Positions 7,870 to 16,462 of a stretch of 44,086 nt of DNA are shown one piece after another. Within the stretch, counting starts at the first letter, position 1. Each line of letters starts with the position of its first letter. The notes under the pieces are model-generated. The model was given only the letters and a program-made list of their open reading frames with translations. It did not search any database and was not told where the DNA came from. Location of the stretch: NCBI GenBank assembly GCA_021132495.1, contig GCA_021132495.1_4335.1; one strand, 5' to 3'. Position numbers and translations under genes: made by a program. Source of the DNA: a phage.

Positions 7870-10041
7870 ATGAGTTACCTGTTCTTAGACTTTGAAACAT
7901 TCTCAGAAGCCGATTTGAAGAAAGTCGGTTCTTACGCTTACGCCGAACACCCGTCAACCGAAGTGCTTATCTGTACATATGCTTTTGACGACGAACCTGT
8001 GCGGGTATGGGATTGCACCGACGGCAGCGACATGCCGGGGGATTTACACCGCGCACTGCGCCGCCTTGTTAAGCCCAACAGCCGCATCAAGATGGTGTGG
8101 CACAACGGTGGACTTTTCGATCGCCTAATCATGAAACACTGCTGGGACTTTGATATTCCGGTAAGTAACACCATTGATACTATGATTTGGGCGTTCCGTC
8201 ACGCGCTGCCGGGTTCTCTTGATGCGCTGTGCGAAGTGCTGGGCGTGTCTGCAGACAACGCGAAAGATAAACGCGGCAAGGCTCTGATTAAGCGTTTCTC
8301 TAAACCGACGCCGAAGAACTACAAAATCCGCCGCTACACCGCAGAAACTCACCCTGACGAGTGGGCGATGTTCATCAGGTACGCCGTGAGCGACATCACT
8401 GCGATGCGTGAAGTCTTCCATAAGCTGCCGCGTTGGGGTAACTCCGAGTTCGAAGACCGTGTACTGGAACTTGACCAGTTAATCAACGACCGCGGATTTA
8501 AGGTTGACGTCGCACTGGCGGAAGCCGCGATTGAAGCCGTAGAGAAGCACAAGGCACAGTTACAGGAAGAAGCTCAACGTAAATACGGCGGCTCGCTTAC
8601 CGGTAAAGACTTCCTTCCGATTCTGCGTGAACTTGCGCCCGCGCACCGCATACACAATGCACAGAAGTCGACGCTTAACGACCTGTTGGCAGATTATGAT
8701 TTACCGGACGACGCCCGGATGATTATCGAAATGCGCCTCGGGGCCGCGTCAACAGCGTCCACGAAATATAACCCGCTGCTGTTAGGCCGCTCGTCGGACG
8801 ACCGACGCCGCGGTTGTATCCAGTACGGTGGGGCAAAGCGTACGTTACGGTTCGCGGGTAAAGGCTTCCAGCCACAGAACCTGGCGCGTGGGTACTATCA
8901 CGATGATGAACTGGATAAAGGCATTTCAGCGTTACTTAAGGGCCGGGCGCACCGCCGATTTGACGTAGCCAAGCTAACGGCATCGACCGTTCGTAGCTGC
9001 ATCATACCGGAAGCAGGGCATAAGTTTGTCGTTGCCGATTACTCTAACGTCGAAGGCCGCGGTCTTGCGTGGCTGGCGGGTGAAGACGATTTAATCGAAG
9101 TATTTGTAAACGGGGTTGATGTGTATAAGAAACTCGCATCAACGGTGTTCAATGTTGCATATGAAGCCGTAACAAAGGACCAAAGACAAATAGCCAAAGC
9201 AATGGTTCTGGGACTCGGCTACGCGGGGGGCGTCGGTGCTTTCGTCACGTTTGCTAAAAACTTAGGTCTTGATTTGAATGACATGACTAACACTTTAGAC
9301 GGTACATTCCCGGACCATATTTGGGCCGCTACCGCACGCGGATACGAATGGGCGCGTATTCAGGAAGCCAAGCGACCACCACGTCCTGGTGAAAAAGATG
9401 ACCGACCCTCATATATCCTTGATAAGAAAGTTTGGCGCACCTGTGACGCTTTAAAGCGCATGTACCGGGAAGCTAATCCTGCAATAGTCCAATTCTGGCG
9501 CGATATTGAAGACGCAGCTATGGCAGCAATCCGTAATCCGGGGAAAGAGTTCACCGCTGGCCCTCGCGGGGTTAAGTTTTCTCGCAACGTAGAAACAGAC
9601 AACAACGGCAACAAAGTCGCGGGTTGGTGGTTGCGCATGACGTTGCCGTCAGGTCGCGTTATGTCATACCCGGGCGTCGGGTTGAGCGTGTCAAAAGAGA
9701 CAGACGAAGACGGAAAAGTTTCTACTAACGTGCGCATCAAGTATCAGGGCGAAAATCAGTTAACCAGGCAGTGGGGCTTCCAGTACACCTACTCCGGTAA
9801 ACTGGTGGAAAACTGCACTCAGGCACTGTGCCGTGATTTGCTGGCTAACGCCCTGCTGAACGTAGAGGCAAACGGCTACCCTATTGTGCTTCATGTACAC
9901 GATGAGATTATCTGCGAGACACCTGATTTACCGGAATACAATGTTGCAGAGCTTGAGCGGTTGATGTGTGAATTACCGGAATGGGCGGAGGGGTTCCCTC
10001 TTGTAGCAGAAGGTAGCGAAATGTACAGATACGCCAAGTAG
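7870..10041 (+). CDS. family A DNA polymerase with 3'-5' exonuclease domain
   Basis: 723 aa; exo motif FLDFETFS; polymerase motifs DYSNVEGR (A), KAMVLGLGYAGG (B), HVHDEI (C). Confidence 0.9.
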   Translation: MSYLFLDFETFSEADLKKVGSYAYAEHPSTEVLICTYAFDDEPVRVWDCTDGSDMPGDLHRALRRLVKPNSRIKMVWHNGGLFDRLIMKHCWDFDIPVSNTIDTMIWAFRHALPGSLDALCEVLGVSADNAKDKRGKALIKRFSKPTPKNYKIRRYTAETHPDEWAMFIRYAVSDITAMREVFHKLPRWGNSEFEDRVLELDQLINDRGFKVDVALAEAAIEAVEKHKAQLQEEAQRKYGGSLTGKDFLPILRELAPAHRIHNAQKSTLNDLLADYDLPDDARMIIEMRLGAASTASTKYNPLLLGRSSDDRRRGCIQYGGAKRTLRFAGKGFQPQNLARGYYHDDELDKGISALLKGRAHRRFDVAKLTASTVRSCIIPEAGHKFVVADYSNVEGRGLAWLAGEDDLIEVFVNGVDVYKKLASTVFNVAYEAVTKDQRQIAKAMVLGLGYAGGVGAFVTFAKNLGLDLNDMTNTLDGTFPDHIWAATARGYEWARIQEAKRPPRPGEKDDRPSYILDKKVWRTCDALKRMYREANPAIVQFWRDIEDAAMAAIRNPGKEFTAGPRGVKFSRNVETDNNGNKVAGWWLRMTLPSGRVMSYPGVGLSVSKETDEDGKVSTNVRIKYQGENQLTRQWGFQYTYSGKLVENCTQALCRDLLANALLNVEANGYPIVLHVHDEIICETPDLPEYNVAELERLMCELPEWAEGFPLVAEGSEMYRYAK

Positions 10042-10073
10042 TAGATTTAGGAAATACGTTGTAGAAAATGTAA

Positions 10074-10109
10074 ATACCGATATAATGGCTATGTCGGTAT
10101 TTTTTTTTT
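10074..10109 (+). terminator. intrinsic terminator (ataccga ... tcggtat + T9)
   Basis: 7-bp stem, 13-nt loop, nine consecutive T after the polymerase gene. Confidence 0.65.
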
Positions 10110-10119
10110 GGAGTTATTA

Positions 10120-10815
10120 ATGAAAAAGTGTTCAAGATGCGGCGAAGATAAACCGGCGACTACAGAGTATTTTTCAAAGTCAACGCGCCTCGGGCTGCAA
10201 CGCTGGTGTAAAGAGTGTGTAAATGCTAACAGGAAGGAAAAGTATGACGAAAAACTTAAATTACAAGGTAAATCCAGACGAGAAAGCCCTTGGTATGTTT
10301 TCACTGGGAAGCCTGTTAAATGCAGAAAGTGTGGGGAGGTAAAACCTTTAACAGAGGAAAACTTCAGGAAAGGAAATAAAAGTAATGGCTCTCATATCAG
10401 GAAAGATTGCCGGGAGTGTCTCAACAAGCAACGCAGGGAACTGGTGAATAAGGACCAAAGGATGCGGGCGTACGCGCTTTTGTTAGGATACAAAAGAGCA
10501 GATTCAGGAAAAGGGCTTATCTGCGATTTAACACTGGAAAGCGTTATTAAACTAATATCACAGCCATGCCATTATTGCGGAAGCACTACAAAAGTCGGGG
10601 TAGACCGCATAGATAATACAAGCGGGCACATAGTATCTAACTGCGTTTCTTGTTGTCAGACATGTAATCTTACCAGAGGACACCGGTTTACATTCATTGA
10701 AATGGTTACGGAGATAGGTCCCGCCATTAAAAGAATAAAAGCGGCGAGAGAAGTTTCACATATACCGTCTTTTCCTAATAGGTGGCCTGAAGGAGAATGT
10801 AGAGATGCCAAGTAA
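10120..10815 (+). CDS. HNH endonuclease with N-terminal Zn-ribbon repeats
   Basis: Motif CHYCGSTTKVGVDRIDNTSGHIVSNCVSCCQTCN; four CxxC pairs; start moved to ATG 10120 after RBS ggag. Confidence 0.75.
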   Translation: MKKCSRCGEDKPATTEYFSKSTRLGLQRWCKECVNANRKEKYDEKLKLQGKSRRESPWYVFTGKPVKCRKCGEVKPLTEENFRKGNKSNGSHIRKDCRECLNKQRRELVNKDQRMRAYALLLGYKRADSGKGLICDLTLESVIKLISQPCHYCGSTTKVGVDRIDNTSGHIVSNCVSCCQTCNLTRGHRFTFIEMVTEIGPAIKRIKAAREVSHIPSFPNRWPEGECRDAK

Positions 10816-10936
10816 ACTGATTATCGCGGTACTGGCGGGATTTGCTGCCGGTGTCTACTGTCACGAGGGTCAATACGGCATGATGGTTGCCATATTGGGC
10901 ATGTTCATCGCAATTTATCTGTGGGTGCTGGAATGA
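10805..10936 (+). CDS. small hydrophobic peptide (43 aa)
   Basis: Manual ORF, single predicted TM segment, coupled to flanking genes; below the ORF-track length cutoff. Confidence 0.25.
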   Translation: MPSKLIIAVLAGFAAGVYCHEGQYGMMVAILGMFIAIYLWVLE

Positions 10937-11022
10937 AAATCTACTGGTTTTATGAAGAAGACTGTCGAATCTGTCCGCGCTGCGGTACTGAACATACGAA
11001 ACGTGAGGGGTGTGTATTATGA
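10933..11022 (+). CDS. small CxxC peptide (29 aa)
   Basis: Manual ORF MKIYWFYEEDCRICPRCG...; ATGA overlaps on both sides. Confidence 0.25.
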   Translation: MKIYWFYEEDCRICPRCGTEHTKREGCVL

Positions 11023-11516
11023 AAGCACCAAGTGACGATATAAAAGATTTTCTGTCATACGACCCGGATACCGGGATATTTAAATGGGTCAAGCACAGAT
11101 GCCAGACCGCGAAACCCGGAGATGTTGTTACATACAAGGACCGTAAAGGGTACATATTGTTAGGATGGAGTAGGGTGTATTACCGCGCACACAGGCTGGC
11201 GTGGTGGTGGGTGTACGGAGAGATGCCAACTAAGCAAATAGACCATATTAACGGCATACGGGACGATAACCGGATTTGTAACCTACGGCTTGCGGATGAA
11301 TTTCAACAGAACCATAACCGCAAGACCCCAGTTACGAACACCAGCGGCGTGAAAGGGGTTAACTGGAGTAAGCCTCATAATGCTTGGTGTGCTCGAGTTG
11401 CTTTTAAAGGTACACGCTATCAGATTGGGTATTTCCAGAACCTAAATGAAGCAGAGGAATCCCTGAGAGAATTTAGGGCAAAACTGCACGGAGAGTTTTG
11501 CAACCATGGCGACTAA
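11019..11516 (+). CDS. HNH endonuclease with AP2 DNA-binding domain
   Basis: HNH motif IDHINGIRDDNRICNLRLADEFQQNHNRK; AP2-like GVKGVNWSKPHNAWCARVAFKGTRYQIGYF; ATG at 11019 after RBS gagggg. Confidence 0.8.
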   Translation: MKAPSDDIKDFLSYDPDTGIFKWVKHRCQTAKPGDVVTYKDRKGYILLGWSRVYYRAHRLAWWWVYGEMPTKQIDHINGIRDDNRICNLRLADEFQQNHNRKTPVTNTSGVKGVNWSKPHNAWCARVAFKGTRYQIGYFQNLNEAEESLREFRAKLHGEFCNHGD

Positions 11517-11793
11517 AGAGGGCCGCGTACAGAAATACGCAAAAGAGCGATTCGAGGCCATCGGGGGCCTCGTCCGTAAACTGTCTTATGAGGGGCGCTC
11601 CGGCGCTCCCGACCTGCTGGTAATTCTCCCGGGCGGCATCGTCTGGTTCGTCGAGGTGAAGAAAGACGAAAGCACGAAGCCTGACCCACACCAGTTACGA
11701 GAGCATGAGCGGATGCGTAAACGTGGTGCGAATGTTTTTGTCGTCGGGTCGTTCAAACAGGTTGACGACCTAATAGCGAACTATTATAGTTAG
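11506..11793 (+). CDS. VRR-NUC domain nuclease
   Basis: 95 aa; PDLLVI...VWFVEVKKDESTKPDPHQ consistent with the VRR-NUC D/E-K core. Confidence 0.6.
   Translation: MATKEGRVQKYAKERFEAIGGLVRKLSYEGRSGAPDLLVILPGGIVWFVEVKKDESTKPDPHQLREHERMRKRGANVFVVGSFKQVDDLIANYYS
11762..11790 (+). promoter_or_regulatory. sigma70 promoter TTGACG-N17-TATAGT with embedded palindrome AATAG-cgaa-CTATT
   Basis: Same architecture as 4547 and 7096; overlaps the 3' end of the VRR-NUC gene. Confidence 0.55.
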
Positions 11794-11823
11794 CCCTACA
11801 CCAACAATATAAGGAATTGATAG

Positions 11824-12015
11824 ATGAAATACGAATATGACCGTAAACCAGCACGTGGCATCGTACCGGGCGACATGATTTTCAACGTTAAGACCCGTCG
11901 GCCTGTTGCCGTGGATACGGTGTTCGTCGAGTCGAACGGTAAACTGGTTATCGAAGACGTAACTGGCAACGTTACCGCGTTCGGGCGTAAAGAGCTTGTT
12001 CTGGTGGCAAAATGA
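11824..12015 (+). CDS. hypothetical protein (63 aa)
   Basis: ORF track; RBS aaggaa. Confidence 0.45.
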   Translation: MKYEYDRKPARGIVPGDMIFNVKTRRPVAVDTVFVESNGKLVIEDVTGNVTAFGRKELVLVAK

Positions 12016-13436
12016 GTAAGTTTCAAAGGCGCGAATATCAGAAGCTCATGACTTCGTTCATGCTACAGCATCCGCGCTGTAATATCTGGTGCGGCATGGG
12101 AGGGGGCAAAACCTCCTCAACTATGTGGGTGCTTAATCGCCTGTTTCGCAACGGGCAGCTTACAGAAGATGACCGCGTGTTAATCCTCGCCCCGTTACGT
12201 GTTGCGTCCGGTACGTGGCCCGCTGAACAAGAGAAATGGCAATTCCCTTGTCTGCGTGTCGTAGATGCAACTGGTTCGGAGAAGCGCCGCATCGCAGCGC
12301 TGGAGTCAGATGCTAACGTGGTGTGCACTAACTACGAAGTTATCGAGTGGCTAATTGACTACTACGGCAAAGACGACTGGCCTTTTACGGTTATCGTTGC
12401 CGATGAAAGCACGAAGCTTAAATCGTTCCGCAGCCGTTCGGGTGGTAGCAAGCGGGCAAAGGCGCTCAGCAAGGTTGCGTTCGGAAAGGTTAAGCGTTTC
12501 ATCAACCTGACAGGCACACCGTCACCAAACGGCCTCAAAGACTTGTGGGGTCAGAACTGGTTTATCGACGCTGGCGAGCGCCTCGGCTCTTCGTACACAG
12601 CATTCACCGACCGCTGGTTTAACTCGGTACAGAAAGGTAAATCGGCTATGGCCCGCGAGTATCATGCACGACCGGGTGCGGATAATGAGATTCATCAGAA
12701 GATGAAAGACATCAGCCTGACCATAGACCCTGCCGAGTGGTTTGGTTGTGAAGCGCCTGTTATCGTACCGGTGGAAATAGACCTGCCGAAGAAAGCGCGT
12801 CAGGCGTACATAGATATGGAGGAGAAGTTATTCGCAGAACTGGAGAGCGGGGAAGTTGAAGCGGCTAACGCTGCGGCGAAGACCTCAAAGTGCTTGCAGA
12901 TTGCATCTGGTGCCGTGTATGTGTCGGGGCCGGATGGCGAAGCGACCAAAGACTGGGAGAAAGTGCACGACACGAAACTGGATGCGCTCGAGTCGATTGT
13001 TGAGGAGTTGCAGGGTGCGCCGTTGCTGGTAGCCTATCAGTTTAAACACGAACTGGAGCGTATCCTTAAGCGATTCCCACAGGCACAGGCGTTCGCCAAA
13101 GGCGCTAGGGGGAACAAGCAGATGGAAGCGTGGAACCGTGGGGAAATCGAGATTTTATGCGTGCATCCTGCGTCAGCCGGGCATGGTTTGAATTTACAGG
13201 ACGGGGGTCATCATCTGGCGTTCATCTCGCAAGGCTGGAACCTTGAGCACTATTTGCAGGTTGTTGAGCGCATAGGCCCAGTCCGCCAGAAACAGGCGGG
13301 TCACGAGCGCCCGGTGTTCCTTTATCACATCGTTGCTAAAGACACTCTGGACGAGGTTGTCGCCGCGCGTACCGACGAGAAGAAATCGGTACAGGAAGAG
13401 TTGCTTAATTACATGAAGAGACGAGGTAAGAAATGA
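12012..13436 (+). CDS. SNF2-family helicase
   Basis: DExx box IVADEST; motif GTPSPNGLKDLW; C-terminal helicase motifs. Confidence 0.8.
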   Translation: MSKFQRREYQKLMTSFMLQHPRCNIWCGMGGGKTSSTMWVLNRLFRNGQLTEDDRVLILAPLRVASGTWPAEQEKWQFPCLRVVDATGSEKRRIAALESDANVVCTNYEVIEWLIDYYGKDDWPFTVIVADESTKLKSFRSRSGGSKRAKALSKVAFGKVKRFINLTGTPSPNGLKDLWGQNWFIDAGERLGSSYTAFTDRWFNSVQKGKSAMAREYHARPGADNEIHQKMKDISLTIDPAEWFGCEAPVIVPVEIDLPKKARQAYIDMEEKLFAELESGEVEAANAAAKTSKCLQIASGAVYVSGPDGEATKDWEKVHDTKLDALESIVEELQGAPLLVAYQFKHELERILKRFPQAQAFAKGARGNKQMEAWNRGEIEILCVHPASAGHGLNLQDGGHHLAFISQGWNLEHYLQVVERIGPVRQKQAGHERPVFLYHIVAKDTLDEVVAARTDEKKSVQEELLNYMKRRGKK

Positions 13437-13948
13437 TGGATTTCGAAGAGTTTCTACTTAAAGCTCATCTGCTGGCGCGTGGGTTTGACGCTGACCGTCT
13501 CCAGGTAGTCTTAGCCCCTGGAGTAGCTACGTTTTACCTGTGGGGGTTTGACGGCAGGCTACGAGGATACCAGCATTACAAGCCGCATGCTGAAAAGAAC
13601 TGTAAAAACCCTAAAGACGCGCGGTACTTTACCCGAACAACAAGGCCGTGTTTATGGGGACTTGAGTATTTGCCAAGTAGCGGGGTGGTATTTGTTACCG
13701 AAAGCATATTTAAAGCTGTTGCTTTGATGAATTGCGGGTTTAATGCAGTTAGCGCATTGGGGTCGAACATACCAGCTGACTTACGGCAGCAAATGTCACT
13801 TTTGCCGTATGACTGGGTGTGCGCTGGCGACAATGATAAAGCTGGATTAAAGTTCAGCAAAACATTCACCAGAGGATTTGTATCTAACGACCTTGATGAA
13901 CTTTGTGAAGAAGAAATAACGTATCTTGCGAGGAAATTTACCAGATGA
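13433..13948 (+). CDS. Toprim-domain protein (primase-like)
   Basis: VFVTESIFKA (Glu) and CAGDNDKAG (DxD) resemble Toprim catalytic motifs. Confidence 0.45.
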   Translation: MMDFEEFLLKAHLLARGFDADRLQVVLAPGVATFYLWGFDGRLRGYQHYKPHAEKNCKNPKDARYFTRTTRPCLWGLEYLPSSGVVFVTESIFKAVALMNCGFNAVSALGSNIPADLRQQMSLLPYDWVCAGDNDKAGLKFSKTFTRGFVSNDLDELCEEEITYLARKFTR

Positions 13949-14082
13949 ACATCATAGCCCCAATTCCGGCATTGCAAAAACGTATCAAGGAACTCGAAGA
14001 AGAGGTTCTGCGGCTACGTCAGCAAAGAGACGCCGCTAATGCGCAACTGGCGTTTGTACTGGAGAAGTTATCAGAAGAGTAG
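13945..14082 (+). CDS. small coiled-coil protein (45 aa)
   Basis: Manual ORF with ATGA overlap; heptad-like KRIKELEEEVLRLRQQ. Confidence 0.3.
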   Translation: MNIIAPIPALQKRIKELEEEVLRLRQQRDAANAQLAFVLEKLSEE

Positions 14083-14086
14083 AGGA

Positions 14087-14108
14087 AAGGCCCCGTTTGG
14101 GGGCCTTG
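14087..14108. terminator. bidirectional terminator (aaggcccc-gttt-gggggcctt)
   Basis: Perfect GC hairpin between convergent plus early genes and the minus tailspike gene. Confidence 0.55.
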
Positions 14109-14113
14109 TTTAT

Positions 14114-16450
14114 TTAACTGTTTGCCAGGGTAGCCACTAATGTCTCAAGCGCTATAATCCTTTTCTCTAACTGAGCTGCTTTACGTCGCTGTAACGCAGC
14201 CTCTAATATCAATACCTCATCATAACGAATACCATACCGCTCCTCTGCCGCCGTAGCTTTTGTTAATACTTCCCCAGATTCCTCATCAATAATTTCCGGA
14301 GACGCTTCCCACTTATCGTAGCACAGGAAACCGTACTTAGTCGCGTCTAACCCGTGCCGGGTAAACGCCTCAATTGCTCGTTGGGCTACTACTCCAAAGT
14401 GCCACCTAGCTGCATCCTCCCCCTTCTCTGCAACCCTATCCAGGTACTTATATTGAACTAAATTAACTTCAGCCCAAGCGTCTAACATAGCGTCAGTTAA
14501 TTCCAGGGGTAGTGTCTTGGCTCTCTCGTCAGACGTAACCGTAAACGCTGTTTGAGTGAATCCGCCGGACAAAGCGCGACTTGCCGACCCGATAGCGACG
14601 GTGTTTGCACTGGATGGTGTAATAGCCGTCGGGGCTATTTGAATATACGCCGATGCGTCAGAGGCTAAGCGTAAATTACCATCAACCAGAGAAATAGTTC
14701 GATAAGTACCATCAGATGAGAGTAATTTTATATGAGAGGTCGTACCTCCACCAATAGCCAAAGATGTAGCCCCATCGGAAATTAGTCTGAATTTATCAGC
14801 TGTCACAAAAGGCAATGCAGAAGTATCTATATACTTAGTGAACCACTCAAACCTACCGGACATGGACCCTATGTATTGTCCTATAGCGGGGGCGTGTACC
14901 ACGTTACTGGTGGTAGTACCATCAATGCTAGAGACACCGGTTATAGTAGATAGTGAACTAAGAAGACTGTTCTTGGGTCCAGGGTGCTTTACTTCCACAA
15001 AGTTACGGGTAGTCCCTGTCGCTAGTGTAACAACCCCGGAAGCACTATACATAGGGAAAACCGATGCGTAGTTATTACTAGCTCCGTCTAAAAACCTAAT
15101 AGAAGTCGCGGTTTGCGTTTGCCCTAAACTATTAGTTCCGCTGCACCCAACCATTAGAATATTATCAGCGGCATTATAGTTGCCCTGTAATGTAACGCCG
15201 TGTGCTTGCGTGGCCTCGGAGGAGGAGTAATCAGCTACAACATTTGTCACCAGATTACCTGAACCCTTGCCGGCGACCACAGCGGCATACTTAGCGTTAT
15301 TAGCAACAACATTACTGATAATATTACTGCTAGGGGCATTGGTCGTCGCGGTGCCATTATAAACAACGTGCTGACAGCTTTGCCCAATGACGCCACTAAC
15401 AACATTACATTTAGCATCTGTTTTCAACTCAACCGCCCCGAATTGGGGGTAGTTTCGGGCGATAACATCGTTGATTATAGTATTACTTGCGGACTCAAAC
15501 AGCACGCACCCCGCTGTTTTATTTGTAGCATACCCGGAGTAGTCGCCCCGTATGCCGCTTACAATGTATCCAGACGGACCCCCATCGCTAGGGTATGCTA
15601 TTAAACTAAATCCAGTTCCCTTTGCATTTTTAAAATCAATACCTTTAATAGTAACGTCCTGCCCACCGGCGAAGGAAACCTGCTGACCCTGTGTGAAGTC
15701 CGTTGCCTTATTTCCTACAATACTCAGGGTGCTAAGTAGCCCTCCTGCAGGTTTATCAAAGATTAAGTGGTTTCCAGAATCGTTTGATTGTTTTAAAACC
15801 CCACCCCCTGTTCCGAATAGAGAGCATGTCGGGTGGGAGAGTAGCGACGTACTATACTCCCCTTGCGGTACAAGCACCCCGTTACTAGCTGTAAGCGCTC
15901 GGTTAAGGGCGTTTGTGTAATCAGGGTCAGTACCTAAATAGAAGTCCAGAACGGAAACTACTTCTCTATTTTTATCGTGTTGCGTCCTGCCGACAGCGTC
16001 GGTAAATGGTTGTCGGACGCCGACCATGGCATCACCTAATGTCGCATTGTCTGTGCTGGATAAATCATTGCGCAAATCCGGGTCAGTCTGCGGCTTCCAG
16101 TTAGCGTTACCAACCGGGTTAAACGATGCGGGGACAACAACCGGCAGAGTCCCGGTATACGAGTACCACGTCTTGCTTACAGGGTCATACACCACTTTGT
16201 CGCGGTCATTAACTGTTAACGTACCGCCGGTGGAAAAGTCCCACGATACGAGAGAAAAACCGGCATCACGCAACACAGCAGGAAGCGTCTTCTGGGTCTG
16301 CCCGGTAACAGGGTTGGTCGCGTAATCAATATCGGCGCCACCAGCAACCCCGCCGGATTTACCGGTGATAACCTCGGCTTCAAAAATTTGGTGTTTCTTG
16401 GCGGTTTGTAAATCCGCCAGGCTTAAAACGTCACCGCATCCGCTTGACAT
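14114..16450 (-). CDS. tailspike/tail fibre with predicted beta-helix depolymerase domain and C-terminal S74-type intramolecular chaperone
   Basis: 778 aa; conserved fibre N-terminus; Gly/Ser/Asn/Val-rich central repeats; C-terminal motif SDERAKT...WHFGVVAQ typical of self-cleaving chaperone domains. Confidence 0.8.
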   Translation of the reverse strand: MSSGCGDVLSLADLQTAKKHQIFEAEVITGKSGGVAGGADIDYATNPVTGQTQKTLPAVLRDAGFSLVSWDFSTGGTLTVNDRDKVVYDPVSKTWYSYTGTLPVVVPASFNPVGNANWKPQTDPDLRNDLSSTDNATLGDAMVGVRQPFTDAVGRTQHDKNREVVSVLDFYLGTDPDYTNALNRALTASNGVLVPQGEYSTSLLSHPTCSLFGTGGGVLKQSNDSGNHLIFDKPAGGLLSTLSIVGNKATDFTQGQQVSFAGGQDVTIKGIDFKNAKGTGFSLIAYPSDGGPSGYIVSGIRGDYSGYATNKTAGCVLFESASNTIINDVIARNYPQFGAVELKTDAKCNVVSGVIGQSCQHVVYNGTATTNAPSSNIISNVVANNAKYAAVVAGKGSGNLVTNVVADYSSSEATQAHGVTLQGNYNAADNILMVGCSGTNSLGQTQTATSIRFLDGASNNYASVFPMYSASGVVTLATGTTRNFVEVKHPGPKNSLLSSLSTITGVSSIDGTTTSNVVHAPAIGQYIGSMSGRFEWFTKYIDTSALPFVTADKFRLISDGATSLAIGGGTTSHIKLLSSDGTYRTISLVDGNLRLASDASAYIQIAPTAITPSSANTVAIGSASRALSGGFTQTAFTVTSDERAKTLPLELTDAMLDAWAEVNLVQYKYLDRVAEKGEDAARWHFGVVAQRAIEAFTRHGLDATKYGFLCYDKWEASPEIIDEESGEVLTKATAAEERYGIRYDEVLILEAALQRRKAAQLEKRIIALETLVATLANS

Positions 16451-16462
16451 ATAGAGTCCTCT

